In this document: positions 49,607-58,528 of the stretch, in pieces
How positions within the stretch are numbered: the stretch's first letter is position 1
Layout of the letters: every line of letters starts with the position of its first letter
NCBI GenBank assembly: GCA_963925545.1
Contig: CAWUSA010000005.1
Span: 22,472 to 86,471 of the forward strand
Direction: 5' to 3'
Origin: an uncultured Flavobacteriales bacterium
Lineage (GTDB): Bacteria > Bacteroidota > Bacteroidia > Flavobacteriales > Schleiferiaceae
Length of the DNA: 64,000 bases
Program-made: the position numbers and the translations under genes
The notes under the pieces: generated by a model
Told to the model about the DNA's origin: nothing
What the model saw: only the letters and a program-made list of their open reading frames with translations
The model's database searches: none

Positions 49607-50827
49607 ATGCCTCAACTTTCCGATTTACACCTAAACAATAGCCGGGTTCTCCTGCGTGTGGATTTCAATGTGCCACTGAATCAAGACGGCCAAGTGGCCA
49701 ACGATAAAAGGATTCAAGCCTGCCTGCCCACGATCCGTCACCTGATTGATCAAGGCTCGTCCTTGGTGATTATGTCACACCTTGGACGGCCCAACGGCCA
49801 AGTAGTGAAGTCTTTGTCGCTGAAGCCTATTGCGGCTCACCTCGCAAACCTTCTGGGCAGCAAGGTGCGGTTTTCTATCAGCTGTGTTGGCGACGCGGCT
49901 GAAGCAGAGGCTCAACAGCTAAAGCCCGGCGATGTGCTTTTGTTGGAAAACCTACGCTTCTACAAAGAAGAAACCGCTGGCGACCCAGGATTTGCCAAGC
50001 AACTGGCAAAACTTGGCGACTGCTATGTAAATGATGCTTTTGGGACGGCCCACCGGGACCACGCGAGCACATCGGTGATTGCAGCAGAGTTCCCTGGCCA
50101 GGCGGCCTTTGGTTTATTGATGGAAAAGGAAATAACCCAAGTTGACCATGTACTCAAGCACGCAAAAAGCCCCTCATTAGCCATTGTTGGCGGCGCGAAG
50201 GTGTCGTCAAAAATTGATATACTTGATCGGTTGATTGACCAGGTTGACGGCATTGTTATTGGCGGCGGCATGAGCTTTACCTTCATCAAAGCTTTAGGTG
50301 GCAAGGTGGGCAACAGCCTTGTTGAGGATGATTACGTGGCTACGGCGCGTCGTATCCTGGATCGCGCTGAAAGCAAGGGAGTGCGTATCCACTTGCCTGT
50401 GGACGTGGTTGCGGGCGACGCCTTTGACAACGAAGCAAAGCGGCAGGTTTGTCTCAGCGACAAAATCCCTGATGGCTGGATGGGTTTGGATATTGGCCCC
50501 CAGGCTATCAAAGCGTTTTCCCAAGCTATTCAAGGCGCACAAACCCTCTTGTGGAATGGTCCTATGGGAGTGTTTGAAATGCCCAACTTCTCTCAAGGGA
50601 CACGCTTGGTGGGTGAGGCTATTGCAACAGCAACAACATCAAGGGGCGCCTATTCCCTTGTGGGCGGCGGCGACTCTGTGGCCGCAGCGGCGCAATTCAA
50701 CCTTGCAGATCGCGTGAGCTATGTATCAACAGGCGGGGGGGCTATGTTGGAATACCTTGAAGGTAAAACCTTGCCGGGTATTCAAGCTGTTTGGGACGCT
50801 ATGGACACAAATGACCACACCCATTGA
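49607..50827 (+). CDS. pgk: Phosphoglycerate kinase
   Basis: 406 aa. Motifs RVDFNVPL and SHLGRP. Confidence 0.93.
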   Translation: MPQLSDLHLNNSRVLLRVDFNVPLNQDGQVANDKRIQACLPTIRHLIDQGSSLVIMSHLGRPNGQVVKSLSLKPIAAHLANLLGSKVRFSISCVGDAAEAEAQQLKPGDVLLLENLRFYKEETAGDPGFAKQLAKLGDCYVNDAFGTAHRDHASTSVIAAEFPGQAAFGLLMEKEITQVDHVLKHAKSPSLAIVGGAKVSSKIDILDRLIDQVDGIVIGGGMSFTFIKALGGKVGNSLVEDDYVATARRILDRAESKGVRIHLPVDVVAGDAFDNEAKRQVCLSDKIPDGWMGLDIGPQAIKAFSQAIQGAQTLLWNGPMGVFEMPNFSQGTRLVGEAIATATTSRGAYSLVGGGDSVAAAAQFNLADRVSYVSTGGGAMLEYLEGKTLPGIQAVWDAMDTNDHTH

Positions 50828-51282
50828 GCCATCTGCTGAGGCAGGGCTAAATAGGTGCTGCCTGAGACAGCATCAACATCCCACCAATCAATCAAGCCCG
50901 CCTCATAAAGGGACTGACCCGCCAACAAAAGAATGCCAGACAACAACAGGCCTTTTGCTGCGCCACTGATTGCGCCAAGCAGGCGATTAACCCACCCTAA
51001 AAGAATGATTTTCAATAATTTAGTTAGAAGTTTAGCTAGGGCTGCTACCAAAACATAAGTCAAGAGCAGGGCCATGAGGAACCCAGCATACTTTGCTGTT
51101 GATGGGTGCAGGTTGGTTTCTGACACAAGCCACTGGGCCAACATATCAGCATAAGTCATGGCCACCAAGTAGCCCGCAATCAAACCGACAACGCCAGCCC
51201 ATTCAAGCAGGAAGCCACGCCACAAACCACGCAAGGTCAGCGCGGCAAAAATGGCCAGAAAAGAGATGTCAAAAACCGTCAT
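50782..51282 (-). CDS. cvpA: CvpA-family membrane protein
   Basis: MTVFDISFLAIFAALTLRGLWRGF.. starts at ATG 51282, in a TAATG overlap with the upstream stop. The track ORF starts at TTG 51288. Confidence 0.8.
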   Translation of the reverse strand: MTVFDISFLAIFAALTLRGLWRGFLLEWAGVVGLIAGYLVAMTYADMLAQWLVSETNLHPSTAKYAGFLMALLLTYVLVAALAKLLTKLLKIILLGWVNRLLGAISGAAKGLLLSGILLLAGQSLYEAGLIDWWDVDAVSGSTYLALPQQMAQWVWSFVSIASQTA

Positions 51283-51665
51283 TAGCAACCGGCCCCCCCT
51301 GATGTGTAGGGAAGGAGAACCACGGTGAGCTCAGCAACAGAGTCGCGGACTAATTTGATGTAGCCACAACCAAAAACCACAGGAGGGTTGCTGCCCTTTT
51401 CTGCCGTCACCTGCAAGACCGCAGGCAGGTCGTAGCTGAGCACGTCCTCATTGTCAATGCGAAAAACACCATCAATGCCAGTGAAACCTTTAAAGTCAGG
51501 CAAAGCATTGATTACGGGTGCTGTTGCTTGCACGGAAGCGTTTTGGATAGGGATACCTTCTTCGTTAACCACAGTGATGCGGAACTGGAAAGATTCAGGC
51601 TCAGGCTTGGTGCAAGCAAAAGCCACTATGGCGACAAGGGTAAATAAAGGGATCAAGCGTTTCAT
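51282..51665 (-). CDS. Small lipoprotein with CarboxypepD_reg-like beta-sandwich (paralog 1)
   Basis: MKRLIPLFTLVAIVAFAC lipobox. ATG 51665 forms an ATGA overlap with the upstream stop; an alternative ATG lies at 51674. It shares the IP[IV]QNA.V, TGIDG, GCG[YF]I and C-terminal Cys motifs with the next gene. Confidence 0.75.
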   Translation of the reverse strand: MKRLIPLFTLVAIVAFACTKPEPESFQFRITVVNEEGIPIQNASVQATAPVINALPDFKGFTGIDGVFRIDNEDVLSYDLPAVLQVTAEKGSNPPVVFGCGYIKLVRDSVAELTVVLLPYTSGGAGC

Positions 51666-52138
51666 TGTGGGCATCCGTTATTAGGGTCTCCATAAGGGTG
51701 AATGACGATGGACATTTCAGCTTCTCCACCTTCTAGTACGTGAATGAAGCCACAACCTCTCCAGCCACCCTTGCTTGCCTCCACATCAAGGTAGGCTTCA
51801 CCAGTGAATTTGAACCGGGCAGGAACCCATTCTGTTTGTGCACTGTCAGCCCAACGGCCAATATAGCCATCAATGCCTGTTTTGCACCAGTAATAACCCT
51901 GGGTTGTTGGGTCGTTGAATAATGTGGTATCGCCTGCACCGCCTGGCACAAACACATGCACCCAAGCGTTCTGAACAGGAATGCTGTCAACAGAGATAGC
52001 CTGTACATTGATTTCAGTGACTACCGGCCTGTTATCCTCACAAGCGAACGCCAAAGCGCTCACGCAAACAACAGCAAATGCAGAGCGAAGAAAAGGAAAC
52101 AAGTGGGTCATGCGGGTTTGTGCCATAGTTTTACGCAT
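51662..52138 (-). CDS. Small lipoprotein with CarboxypepD_reg-like beta-sandwich (paralog 2)
   Basis: Lipobox SALAFAC. Possible ATG starts at 52138, 52126 or 52111. It is a paralog of 51282..51665. Confidence 0.7.
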   Translation of the reverse strand: MRKTMAQTRMTHLFPFLRSAFAVVCVSALAFACEDNRPVVTEINVQAISVDSIPVQNAWVHVFVPGGAGDTTLFNDPTTQGYYWCKTGIDGYIGRWADSAQTEWVPARFKFTGEAYLDVEASKGGWRGCGFIHVLEGGEAEMSIVIHPYGDPNNGCPQ

Positions 52139-52174
52139 TGAAGCGAAGAGCAAATATAACGGATTCCCACAGCA

Positions 52175-53188
52175 ATGCTTGAAACAATTGAGCGACATAG
52201 GACAGCCATTGAGGCTTTTGAGGCAACCAGTGAGGAAGCGATTGAAAAATTCCGCATTGAGTACTTGGGCCGTAAAGGTGTTTTACATGAGCTTTTTGCC
52301 CAATTCAAAGGGGTTCCGGGCAACGAAAAGCGAGAAGTTGGTCAAGCCCTCAATCGGCTTAAACAGGCTGCGGAGGCTGTGATTGCGGGAGAAAAACCTG
52401 CCGCAACAGCTGCTGAAAACGCTCCAGAAGACACAACAAGGCCTGGTTATGAAGCCAACCCAGGTAGCCATCATCCAATCTCTTTGGTCCGTAATGAGAT
52501 TGTGAACATCTTCAAACGCATGGGGTTTGCGGTAGCTCAAGGCCCAGAAATGGAAGATGATTGGCACAACTTTTCTGCGCTCAACTTTCCCCCAGAGCAT
52601 CCAGCTAGGGATATGCAAGACACCTTTTTCTTGGCTAGAAGTCCGGATTGGGCATTGAGAACCCACACCTCCAGCGTGCAAGTTCGCAGCATGGAAACCC
52701 AAGAACCACCCATTCGTGTTATTGCACCAGGCCGGGTGTTCAGAAATGAAGCCATTTCTGCCCGTTCGCACTGCATATTCCATCAAATTGAGGGGCTTTA
52801 TGTTGATAAAGACGTCAGTTTTGCTGACATGAAACAGACCCTGCTATCATTTGCTATGGCATTTTTTGGTGATGAAACCAAAATTCGTCTACGACCCAGC
52901 TACTTCCCGTTTACGGAGCCAAGCGCTGAAGTGGATATCTGGTGGGGCCTTGAAAATGAGGCTGATCATCGAATGACCAAAGGCACAGGTTGGCTTGAAA
53001 TCATGGGTTGCGGTATGGTTGACCCGGCTGTGTTAAGCGCCAGCGGCATCGACCCTAAGGTTTACAGTGGTTATGCTTTTGGGATGGGCATAGAGCGTGT
53101 AGCAATGCAGCGTTACCAGATTCCAGATATCAGGACCTTCCATGAGAACGATTTGCGTTTTTTGAAGCAGTTCACCTCCGCGATTTAG
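52175..53188 (+). CDS. pheS: Phenylalanine--tRNA ligase alpha subunit
   Basis: 337 aa. Motifs FPPEHPARDMQDTFF and FRNE. Confidence 0.93.
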   Translation: MLETIERHRTAIEAFEATSEEAIEKFRIEYLGRKGVLHELFAQFKGVPGNEKREVGQALNRLKQAAEAVIAGEKPAATAAENAPEDTTRPGYEANPGSHHPISLVRNEIVNIFKRMGFAVAQGPEMEDDWHNFSALNFPPEHPARDMQDTFFLARSPDWALRTHTSSVQVRSMETQEPPIRVIAPGRVFRNEAISARSHCIFHQIEGLYVDKDVSFADMKQTLLSFAMAFFGDETKIRLRPSYFPFTEPSAEVDIWWGLENEADHRMTKGTGWLEIMGCGMVDPAVLSASGIDPKVYSGYAFGMGIERVAMQRYQIPDIRTFHENDLRFLKQFTSAI

Positions 53189-53227
53189 CGCAAGGAACGG
53201 GGACCAGTAAACCTTAGCTAATACAGA

Positions 53228-54643
53228 TTACTTAACCTCGCTAACCCTTAAGGTGTTGGTGGTTCCTCGCGCCTCAATAGGCATGGAAGCAAGTTGAACA
53301 ATGAAATCTCCTTTGTCAACCAAACCACCCACCTTCAAGGCTTGGGATATTTCTTTAAAGGTTTCATCTGTGGACTGCATGCCGTCATAGAAAAACCCCT
53401 TCAAACCCCAGTGCAAGCTGAGCTTGTTGAGGATAGATCGCTTGGCAGTGAAAGCATAAATGGCAGCTTGTGGTCGGTGAGAGCTAACCAGCTGTGCGGA
53501 GTAGCCAGAAAAAGTCATGGCACAAATGGCGCGTGCGTCAATTTGGTCAGCCACACGAACCCCGTGATAACACAGGGTTTTGTTGACCAATCGTTCATCG
53601 TTGAGCTTGGGCCTTTTAGCCCCTTTCACCTTTTCAGAAATACTTTCAGAGGACACAATGATTTTTGCTATGGCTTGAACCACTTCCACAGGGTATTGGC
53701 CAACAGACGTTTCTCCAGACAACATGACCGCATCCGCGCCATCCAAGACAGCGTTGGCCACGTCATTCACCTCAGCCCGAGATGGCGTCAGGCTATCCAT
53801 CATGGACTCCATCATTTGAGTAGCAACAATCACAGGCTTCGCGAGAAGAATGGATTTTTTAATGATCATTTTCTGGATCAAAGGCACCGACTCCATTGGC
53901 ACCTCAACACCCAAGTCACCCCGGGCTACCATCACGGCATCTGTGGCGGCAATGATGGCATCAATGTCTGCAACCGCTTCTGGTTTTTCAATTTTTGACA
54001 CGATGCCAGCGTGGGAATTGGCGGCCTTAATCAACCGACGAAGCTGCTCAACGTCCTTGACAGATCGAACGAAACTGAGTCCAATCCAATCCACCTCAAG
54101 CTCAAGAGCTAGGTTCAAATCCACCAAATCTTTCTCTGTCAAGCAAGGAAGAGAGACCCGTGTGTTTGGTAGGTTAACACCTTTGTTGGAGCTCAACACG
54201 CCCCCTTGAACCACAATGGCGGTGACCAAGTTTTTCTTGTTGGTCTTCACCACATCCAACAACAGCTTTCCGTCATCTAACAGGATGCGCTCACCCGCCT
54301 TAACGTCTTTTGGAAATCGCTCATAGGTCATGAAAACCTTGTCCTTGTTGCCAACGCAGGGTTCATTGCTGAAAATTAGCTGTTCACCCTTTGTGATAAC
54401 GGTTCCCTCTTCCACTTCCCCAACGCGCAACTTAGGCCCTTGCAGGTCTGCAAGGATGGCAGCACTCATACCTGTACGGTCCAAAGCCGCACGGATCAGT
54501 CCAATAGTTTTGCGATGGTCGCCATGGCTGCCATGGGAGAAGTTGACGCGAAATACGTTCACGCCAGCCTGAAGCATAGCCTCAAGGATGTCTTGCTTTG
54601 CGGAGGCGGGACCAAGTGTGGCAACAATTTTTGCGCGTTTCAT
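53228..54643 (-). CDS. pyk: Pyruvate kinase
   Basis: 471 aa from ATG 54643 (MKRAKIVATLGPAS). ATGA overlap with the upstream stop. Confidence 0.92.
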   Translation of the reverse strand: MKRAKIVATLGPASAKQDILEAMLQAGVNVFRVNFSHGSHGDHRKTIGLIRAALDRTGMSAAILADLQGPKLRVGEVEEGTVITKGEQLIFSNEPCVGNKDKVFMTYERFPKDVKAGERILLDDGKLLLDVVKTNKKNLVTAIVVQGGVLSSNKGVNLPNTRVSLPCLTEKDLVDLNLALELEVDWIGLSFVRSVKDVEQLRRLIKAANSHAGIVSKIEKPEAVADIDAIIAATDAVMVARGDLGVEVPMESVPLIQKMIIKKSILLAKPVIVATQMMESMMDSLTPSRAEVNDVANAVLDGADAVMLSGETSVGQYPVEVVQAIAKIIVSSESISEKVKGAKRPKLNDERLVNKTLCYHGVRVADQIDARAICAMTFSGYSAQLVSSHRPQAAIYAFTAKRSILNKLSLHWGLKGFFYDGMQSTDETFKEISQALKVGGLVDKGDFIVQLASMPIEARGTTNTLRVSEVK

Positions 54644-55167
54644 AAGACCAGGGGTTCTAGTATGAGTTGATGTCGGTCTCGGAGGGTCATCCAAGGGTAG
54701 TGGATGCATTGCAAAACCAAAGGAATAGCCTTGCAACGTTGAATCAAAGGTACAATCTCTGATTTAGTCAGGGGGTCAGACAAAATCAGGACAGCTTGAG
54801 CTAGGGGTCTTTTCTTAATTAGCGGGGTCTTTGGCACAGCGAAACCAACTGCATCAAAAAGGCCAACACCTTCGGGCTGATGCTCCGCATGCCATTGGCT
54901 AACCATAGGGTGGTTGATGAGTAGGTGGATATCTGTGAAGTCGTCCCGCCAAGCATACACCATGAAGTGCTGTACGCGGTCTTTCAGTCGAACCACGTGG
55001 TCCTGTGCTAGCCGAGACAGGCCCCAACCAAGGCGCTGGTTCAAAGCATAGACCAGGGAGATGTCATCCAAGGCGCTGTGAACGCCAATGACATCACGAG
55101 GGCCGTTTTCTTTGAGGTCGTCTAGAACGAGAAGGTTTGTTCCCACGGCGGTGAATATTGAGTTCAT
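54640..55167 (-). CDS. Conserved hypothetical protein, probably IPExxxVDY family
   Basis: 175 aa. IGVHSALDDISLVYALNQRL resembles the family N-terminus as I recall it, and the rnc-X-pyk position matches. The name motif is degenerate here. The first ATG (55167) overlaps the rnc 3' end by 74 nt. Confidence 0.6.
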   Translation of the reverse strand: MNSIFTAVGTNLLVLDDLKENGPRDVIGVHSALDDISLVYALNQRLGWGLSRLAQDHVVRLKDRVQHFMVYAWRDDFTDIHLLINHPMVSQWHAEHQPEGVGLFDAVGFAVPKTPLIKKRPLAQAVLILSDPLTKSEIVPLIQRCKAIPLVLQCIHYPWMTLRDRHQLILEPLVL

Positions 55168-55876
55168 AGCAGGCCGCTTTGGAGGCTGCTTCTTCGGCAG
55201 TTTTTTTCGAAGGGCCAGACCCCTCAGACACCGCTTTGTCGTCGATTAACAATTTGAAAACAAACCGCTTTCGATTTTGTGAGCCCTCTTCGTCTTGTAG
55301 GACGAAGTCAAAGCGCTTTTTATTTTTCTGTACCCACTCAATCAGCAAGCTCTTATAGCTGACTATTTCACGCTCAACACTATTGATGTTGACATGCTTC
55401 TCAATCATGTGTTTGAAAACAAAGGTTCTCGCAGCCTTCCAGCCACGGTCAGCATAGACAGCGCCCACAAGCGCCTCCAGGGTGTTGCCAGGCACAGACG
55501 TGTGACCACCACGACCACCTCTGCTGCTGTTGCTCATCCATTTTGAGATGCCCATTTTTTCAGCAATGCGGTTGAGGGCCTTGCGGCTGACAACTTTGGA
55601 CCGCATGCTTGTCAGGTAGCCTTCGTTGCCTTTGGGGTATTTATCAAACAAGTACTCCGCCAACAACACACCTAAGACGGCATCACCAAGGTATTCCAAG
55701 CGCTCGTAGTTGAGGTTGGCTTGTTGTTGGTTCTTGCTGTTGCCTTTGCGACGAAAGGCGTTGAGGTAGACCCAAGGGTCTTTAGGTGTGACGCCGGTCA
55801 TTGACTTGACGGCAGCGAGGAGTTTCCGGTGCTCTTTTGGTACTTGAGACGGAAATAAAAAGGAAAACAATGACAT
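55094..55876 (-). CDS. rnc: Ribonuclease III
   Basis: From ATG 55876, 1 nt after the fabF stop. Signature ERLEYLGDAVL and a dsRBD, followed by an unusual basic tail RRGNKPSRSRRPQRKRPS. Confidence 0.9.
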   Translation of the reverse strand: MSLFSFLFPSQVPKEHRKLLAAVKSMTGVTPKDPWVYLNAFRRKGNSKNQQQANLNYERLEYLGDAVLGVLLAEYLFDKYPKGNEGYLTSMRSKVVSRKALNRIAEKMGISKWMSNSSRGGRGGHTSVPGNTLEALVGAVYADRGWKAARTFVFKHMIEKHVNINSVEREIVSYKSLLIEWVQKNKKRFDFVLQDEEGSQNRKRFVFKLLIDDKAVSEGSGPSKKTAEEAASKAACYELNIHRRGNKPSRSRRPQRKRPS

Positions 55877-55877
55877 A

Positions 55878-57131
55878 TCAGGGCTTGAACTTTCGGAACA
55901 CCAACGACGCATTGTGCCCACCAAATCCAAAGGTGTTAGAAAGGGCCGCACGGACAGTTCTAGCTTGAGGCTTATGGAATGTAAAATTCAAGCCTGGATC
56001 CAGCTCGGGGTCGTCTGTGAAATGGTTGATGGTTGGCGGAACAATGTCGTGGTAACAAGATAAAACAGCAACCAAAGCCTCAGCCGCACCAGCCGCACCC
56101 AACAAATGACCCGTCATAGACTTGGTTGAGCTGATGTTGAGTTTGTAAGTATGATCGCCAAAGACCTTTTTGACAGCCTTGATTTCTGCCTGGTCGCCAA
56201 GCGGCGTAGAGGTTCCGTGAACATTGATGTAGTCGACGTCGTCAGGTGACATGCCTGCGTCTTCGAGGGCATTTCTCATGCCACTGATCGCACCTAAGCC
56301 CTCAGGGTGTGGCGCGGTGATGTGATGCGCGTCGGCAGAGAGCCCTCCGCCAGCGAGTTCCGCGTAAATTTTTGCTCCGCGGGCTTTTGCGTGCTCATAG
56401 GTTTCTAAAACCATGCATACACCACCCTCACCAAGAACAAATCCCTCACGGTCTTTGTCAAAAGGGCGCGACGCTGTTTGTGGATCATCATTGCGTGTAG
56501 ACAAGGCCTGCATGGCATTGAATCCGCCGATACCACCCTCAGTTACAGCAGCTTCAGACCCCCCACAAACAATGACATCAGCCTTACCTAGTCGCAGCCA
56601 CATCAACGAATCGACGAGGGCATTAGCAGAGGAGGCACAGGCAGAAACCGTGGTGTAGTTAGGTCCGCGAAATCCATATTTCATGGAAACATGGCCGCCG
56701 CAGATGTCGGCAATCATTTTTGGAATAAAGAAAGGGTTGAAGCGAGGCGTTCCGTCCCCTTCAGCAAAGTTGACAACCTCTTTGAAAAAGGTGTCCAACC
56801 CGCCAATGCCAGATCCCCAAATCACACCAACACGATCAAGGTCAGGATCAGCCTCCATCAATCCAGCATCCTGGATGCTTTCATTGGCGGCAATCAAACC
56901 TAGGTGTGTGCAGCGATCCATGCGGCGCGCTTCTTTGTGGTCAATGTGGTCAAGGACATCAAGGTCCTTCACCTCACAGGCAAACCGGGTTTTGAATTTG
57001 GAGGGATCAAAGGCGGTGATGGGTGCGGCCCCGCTTTTCCCAGCGAGCAGGCCGTCCCAAAACGCTTGCGCAGTGTTGCCGATCGGGGTTACGGCCCCAA
57101 TGCCAGTTACAACAACGCGCTTCAGTTCCAT
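55878..57131 (-). CDS. fabF: Beta-ketoacyl-ACP synthase II
   Basis: 417 aa. Catalytic triad contexts VSACASS, HGTSTP and GHLLGAAG. Confidence 0.93.
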   Translation of the reverse strand: MELKRVVVTGIGAVTPIGNTAQAFWDGLLAGKSGAAPITAFDPSKFKTRFACEVKDLDVLDHIDHKEARRMDRCTHLGLIAANESIQDAGLMEADPDLDRVGVIWGSGIGGLDTFFKEVVNFAEGDGTPRFNPFFIPKMIADICGGHVSMKYGFRGPNYTTVSACASSANALVDSLMWLRLGKADVIVCGGSEAAVTEGGIGGFNAMQALSTRNDDPQTASRPFDKDREGFVLGEGGVCMVLETYEHAKARGAKIYAELAGGGLSADAHHITAPHPEGLGAISGMRNALEDAGMSPDDVDYINVHGTSTPLGDQAEIKAVKKVFGDHTYKLNISSTKSMTGHLLGAAGAAEALVAVLSCYHDIVPPTINHFTDDPELDPGLNFTFHKPQARTVRAALSNTFGFGGHNASLVFRKFKP

Positions 57132-57142
57132 AAAATACTGAG

Positions 57143-57379
57143 TTAGGCTTTTGCCTTCTCGACATGAGCAACAGCCTCACCAACCGTGGAAATGTTTTCT
57201 GCTTGGTCGTCTGGAATTTGGATATCGAACTCTTTTTCGAATTCCATAATGAGCTCAACGGTGTCCAATGAATCGGCACCAAGGTCGTTAGTGAATGAAG
57301 CTTCGAGGGTGACCTCAGCTTCAGATACGCCGAGCTTGTCAACGATGATGGCTTTCACACTATTTGCGATGTCTGACAT
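57143..57379 (-). CDS. acpP: Acyl carrier protein
   Basis: 78 aa from ATG 57379. Phosphopantetheine site [11 protein letters not shown]. Confidence 0.93.
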   Translation of the reverse strand: MSDIANSVKAIIVDKLGVSEAEVTLEASFTNDLGADSLDTVELIMEFEKEFDIQIPDDQAENISTVGEAVAHVEKAKA

Positions 57380-57466
57380 AACTGTAATTTTTAAGTGATA
57401 AATCAAGTGCAAAGAAAAGGTATTCCAATTAAATATGGACAAATCTCATTTTGGTATTTTTGTGGC

Positions 57467-58060
57467 ATGCAAACCCACAGCCTCATCATTCTAGCTTCTG
57501 GCGGCGGCAGCAATGCGGCTTCACTGATTGATTACTTCAGCAATCACCAGAAAATTCAAGTCTGCGGGCTGTGGACCAATAACCCGAAAGCGGGTGTCCT
57601 TCAGCGAAAACTAGCCGTGAAGGCTAAAGTTTTTTCGCAGGGTGATGACAATTTGATTGCCAAATGGAAGGCTTCTGGAGCGAGCACCCTGGTCCTTGCG
57701 GGCTACCTCAAGGCCATTCCGACGGCTTGGATTGAGGCCTTTGAGGGCTCAGTGTACAACATTCACCCCGCCCTGTTGCCTGCGTTTGGCGGTAAAGGGA
57801 TGTATGGCATACACGCCCATCGCGCAGTGATTGCTTCAGGCGACAAGACAAGCGGCTTAAGCATACACAAAGTCACCGAGGTGTACGATGAAGGGCCACT
57901 GGTCTTTCAAATGCGATTGGGCGTCAGGCCCGAAGAGTCTGCGGAGGCTTTGCAGCAACGCATTCTAGAGGGAGAGCATTGGGCATTTCCCCGTGCCATT
58001 GAAGCAGACCTTCTGCATCAAACCATGCCAACCCAACTTCCCTCACCATGGTTGGCGTAG
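57467..58060 (+). CDS. purN: Phosphoribosylglycinamide formyltransferase
   Basis: 197 aa from ATG 57467 (..LIILASGGGSNA..). Motif HPALLPAFGGKGMYG. Confidence 0.9.
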   Translation: MQTHSLIILASGGGSNAASLIDYFSNHQKIQVCGLWTNNPKAGVLQRKLAVKAKVFSQGDDNLIAKWKASGASTLVLAGYLKAIPTAWIEAFEGSVYNIHPALLPAFGGKGMYGIHAHRAVIASGDKTSGLSIHKVTEVYDEGPLVFQMRLGVRPEESAEALQQRILEGEHWAFPRAIEADLLHQTMPTQLPSPWLA

Positions 58061-58515
58061 CGCTGTACACGGACGGCTCAGCAAAAGGCAACCCAGGGCC
58101 AGGGGGCTATGGGGCCATATTGCAATCAGGGTCTCATGAAAAGGAGCTGTCAAAAGGCTACCGCCTGACCACCAACAACCGAATGGAGCTGATGGCTGTT
58201 GTGGCAGGACTAGAGGCTTTGAAGCCACCCCGGTGCCGTGTGCACGTTGTGTCTGATAGCAAATATGTGGTTAATGCATTCAATGAAGGCTGGATGGAAA
58301 ATTGGAAGCGCCGTCGCTTTGCTAAGGTGAAAAATGTGGATGTATGGAAACGGCTTCTCAAAGCCATGGAGGGGCATGATGTCACCTTTGAGTGGGTCAA
58401 GGGTCACGCCAGCCACCCGCAAAATGAACGCTGTGATCAATTGGCCGTTAAGGCGGCAGAGTCGCCTACAGACATTGACCAAGGCTATGAAGCTAGTCAG
58501 CAGCTAAGCCTATAG
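58048..58515 (+). CDS. rnhA: Ribonuclease HI
   Basis: 155 aa. Motifs TDGSAKGNPGPGGYG, NNRMEL and GHA..P.NE.CD.LA. Confidence 0.92.
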   Translation: MVGVALYTDGSAKGNPGPGGYGAILQSGSHEKELSKGYRLTTNNRMELMAVVAGLEALKPPRCRVHVVSDSKYVVNAFNEGWMENWKRRRFAKVKNVDVWKRLLKAMEGHDVTFEWVKGHASHPQNERCDQLAVKAAESPTDIDQGYEASQQLSL

Positions 58516-58528
58516 GCCACATGAGCGT

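Noticed and set aside
53294-53998. Long ORFs antisense to or out of frame with confident genes. Examples are 53294..53998 (234 aa, opposite pyk), 1333..1941, 2579..3016, 43227..43709, 52283..52786, 56683..57141 and 26139..26501.
   Set aside because: Each lies entirely within a gene that has clear family motifs. Their translations are low-complexity (Arg/Pro/Ser/His-rich) with no recognisable domains. This is typical of shadow ORFs in moderately GC-rich coding DNA.
57455-57462. TAnnTTTG matches very close to start codons: TATTTTTG 4 nt before the purN ATG, and TATCTTTG (minus strand, 60904-60911) 7 nt before the LytM-protein ATG.
   Set aside because: The spacing would leave essentially no leader and differs from the 26-29 nt seen elsewhere. 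They could be chance matches or leaderless promoters. They are not called without transcription-start data.
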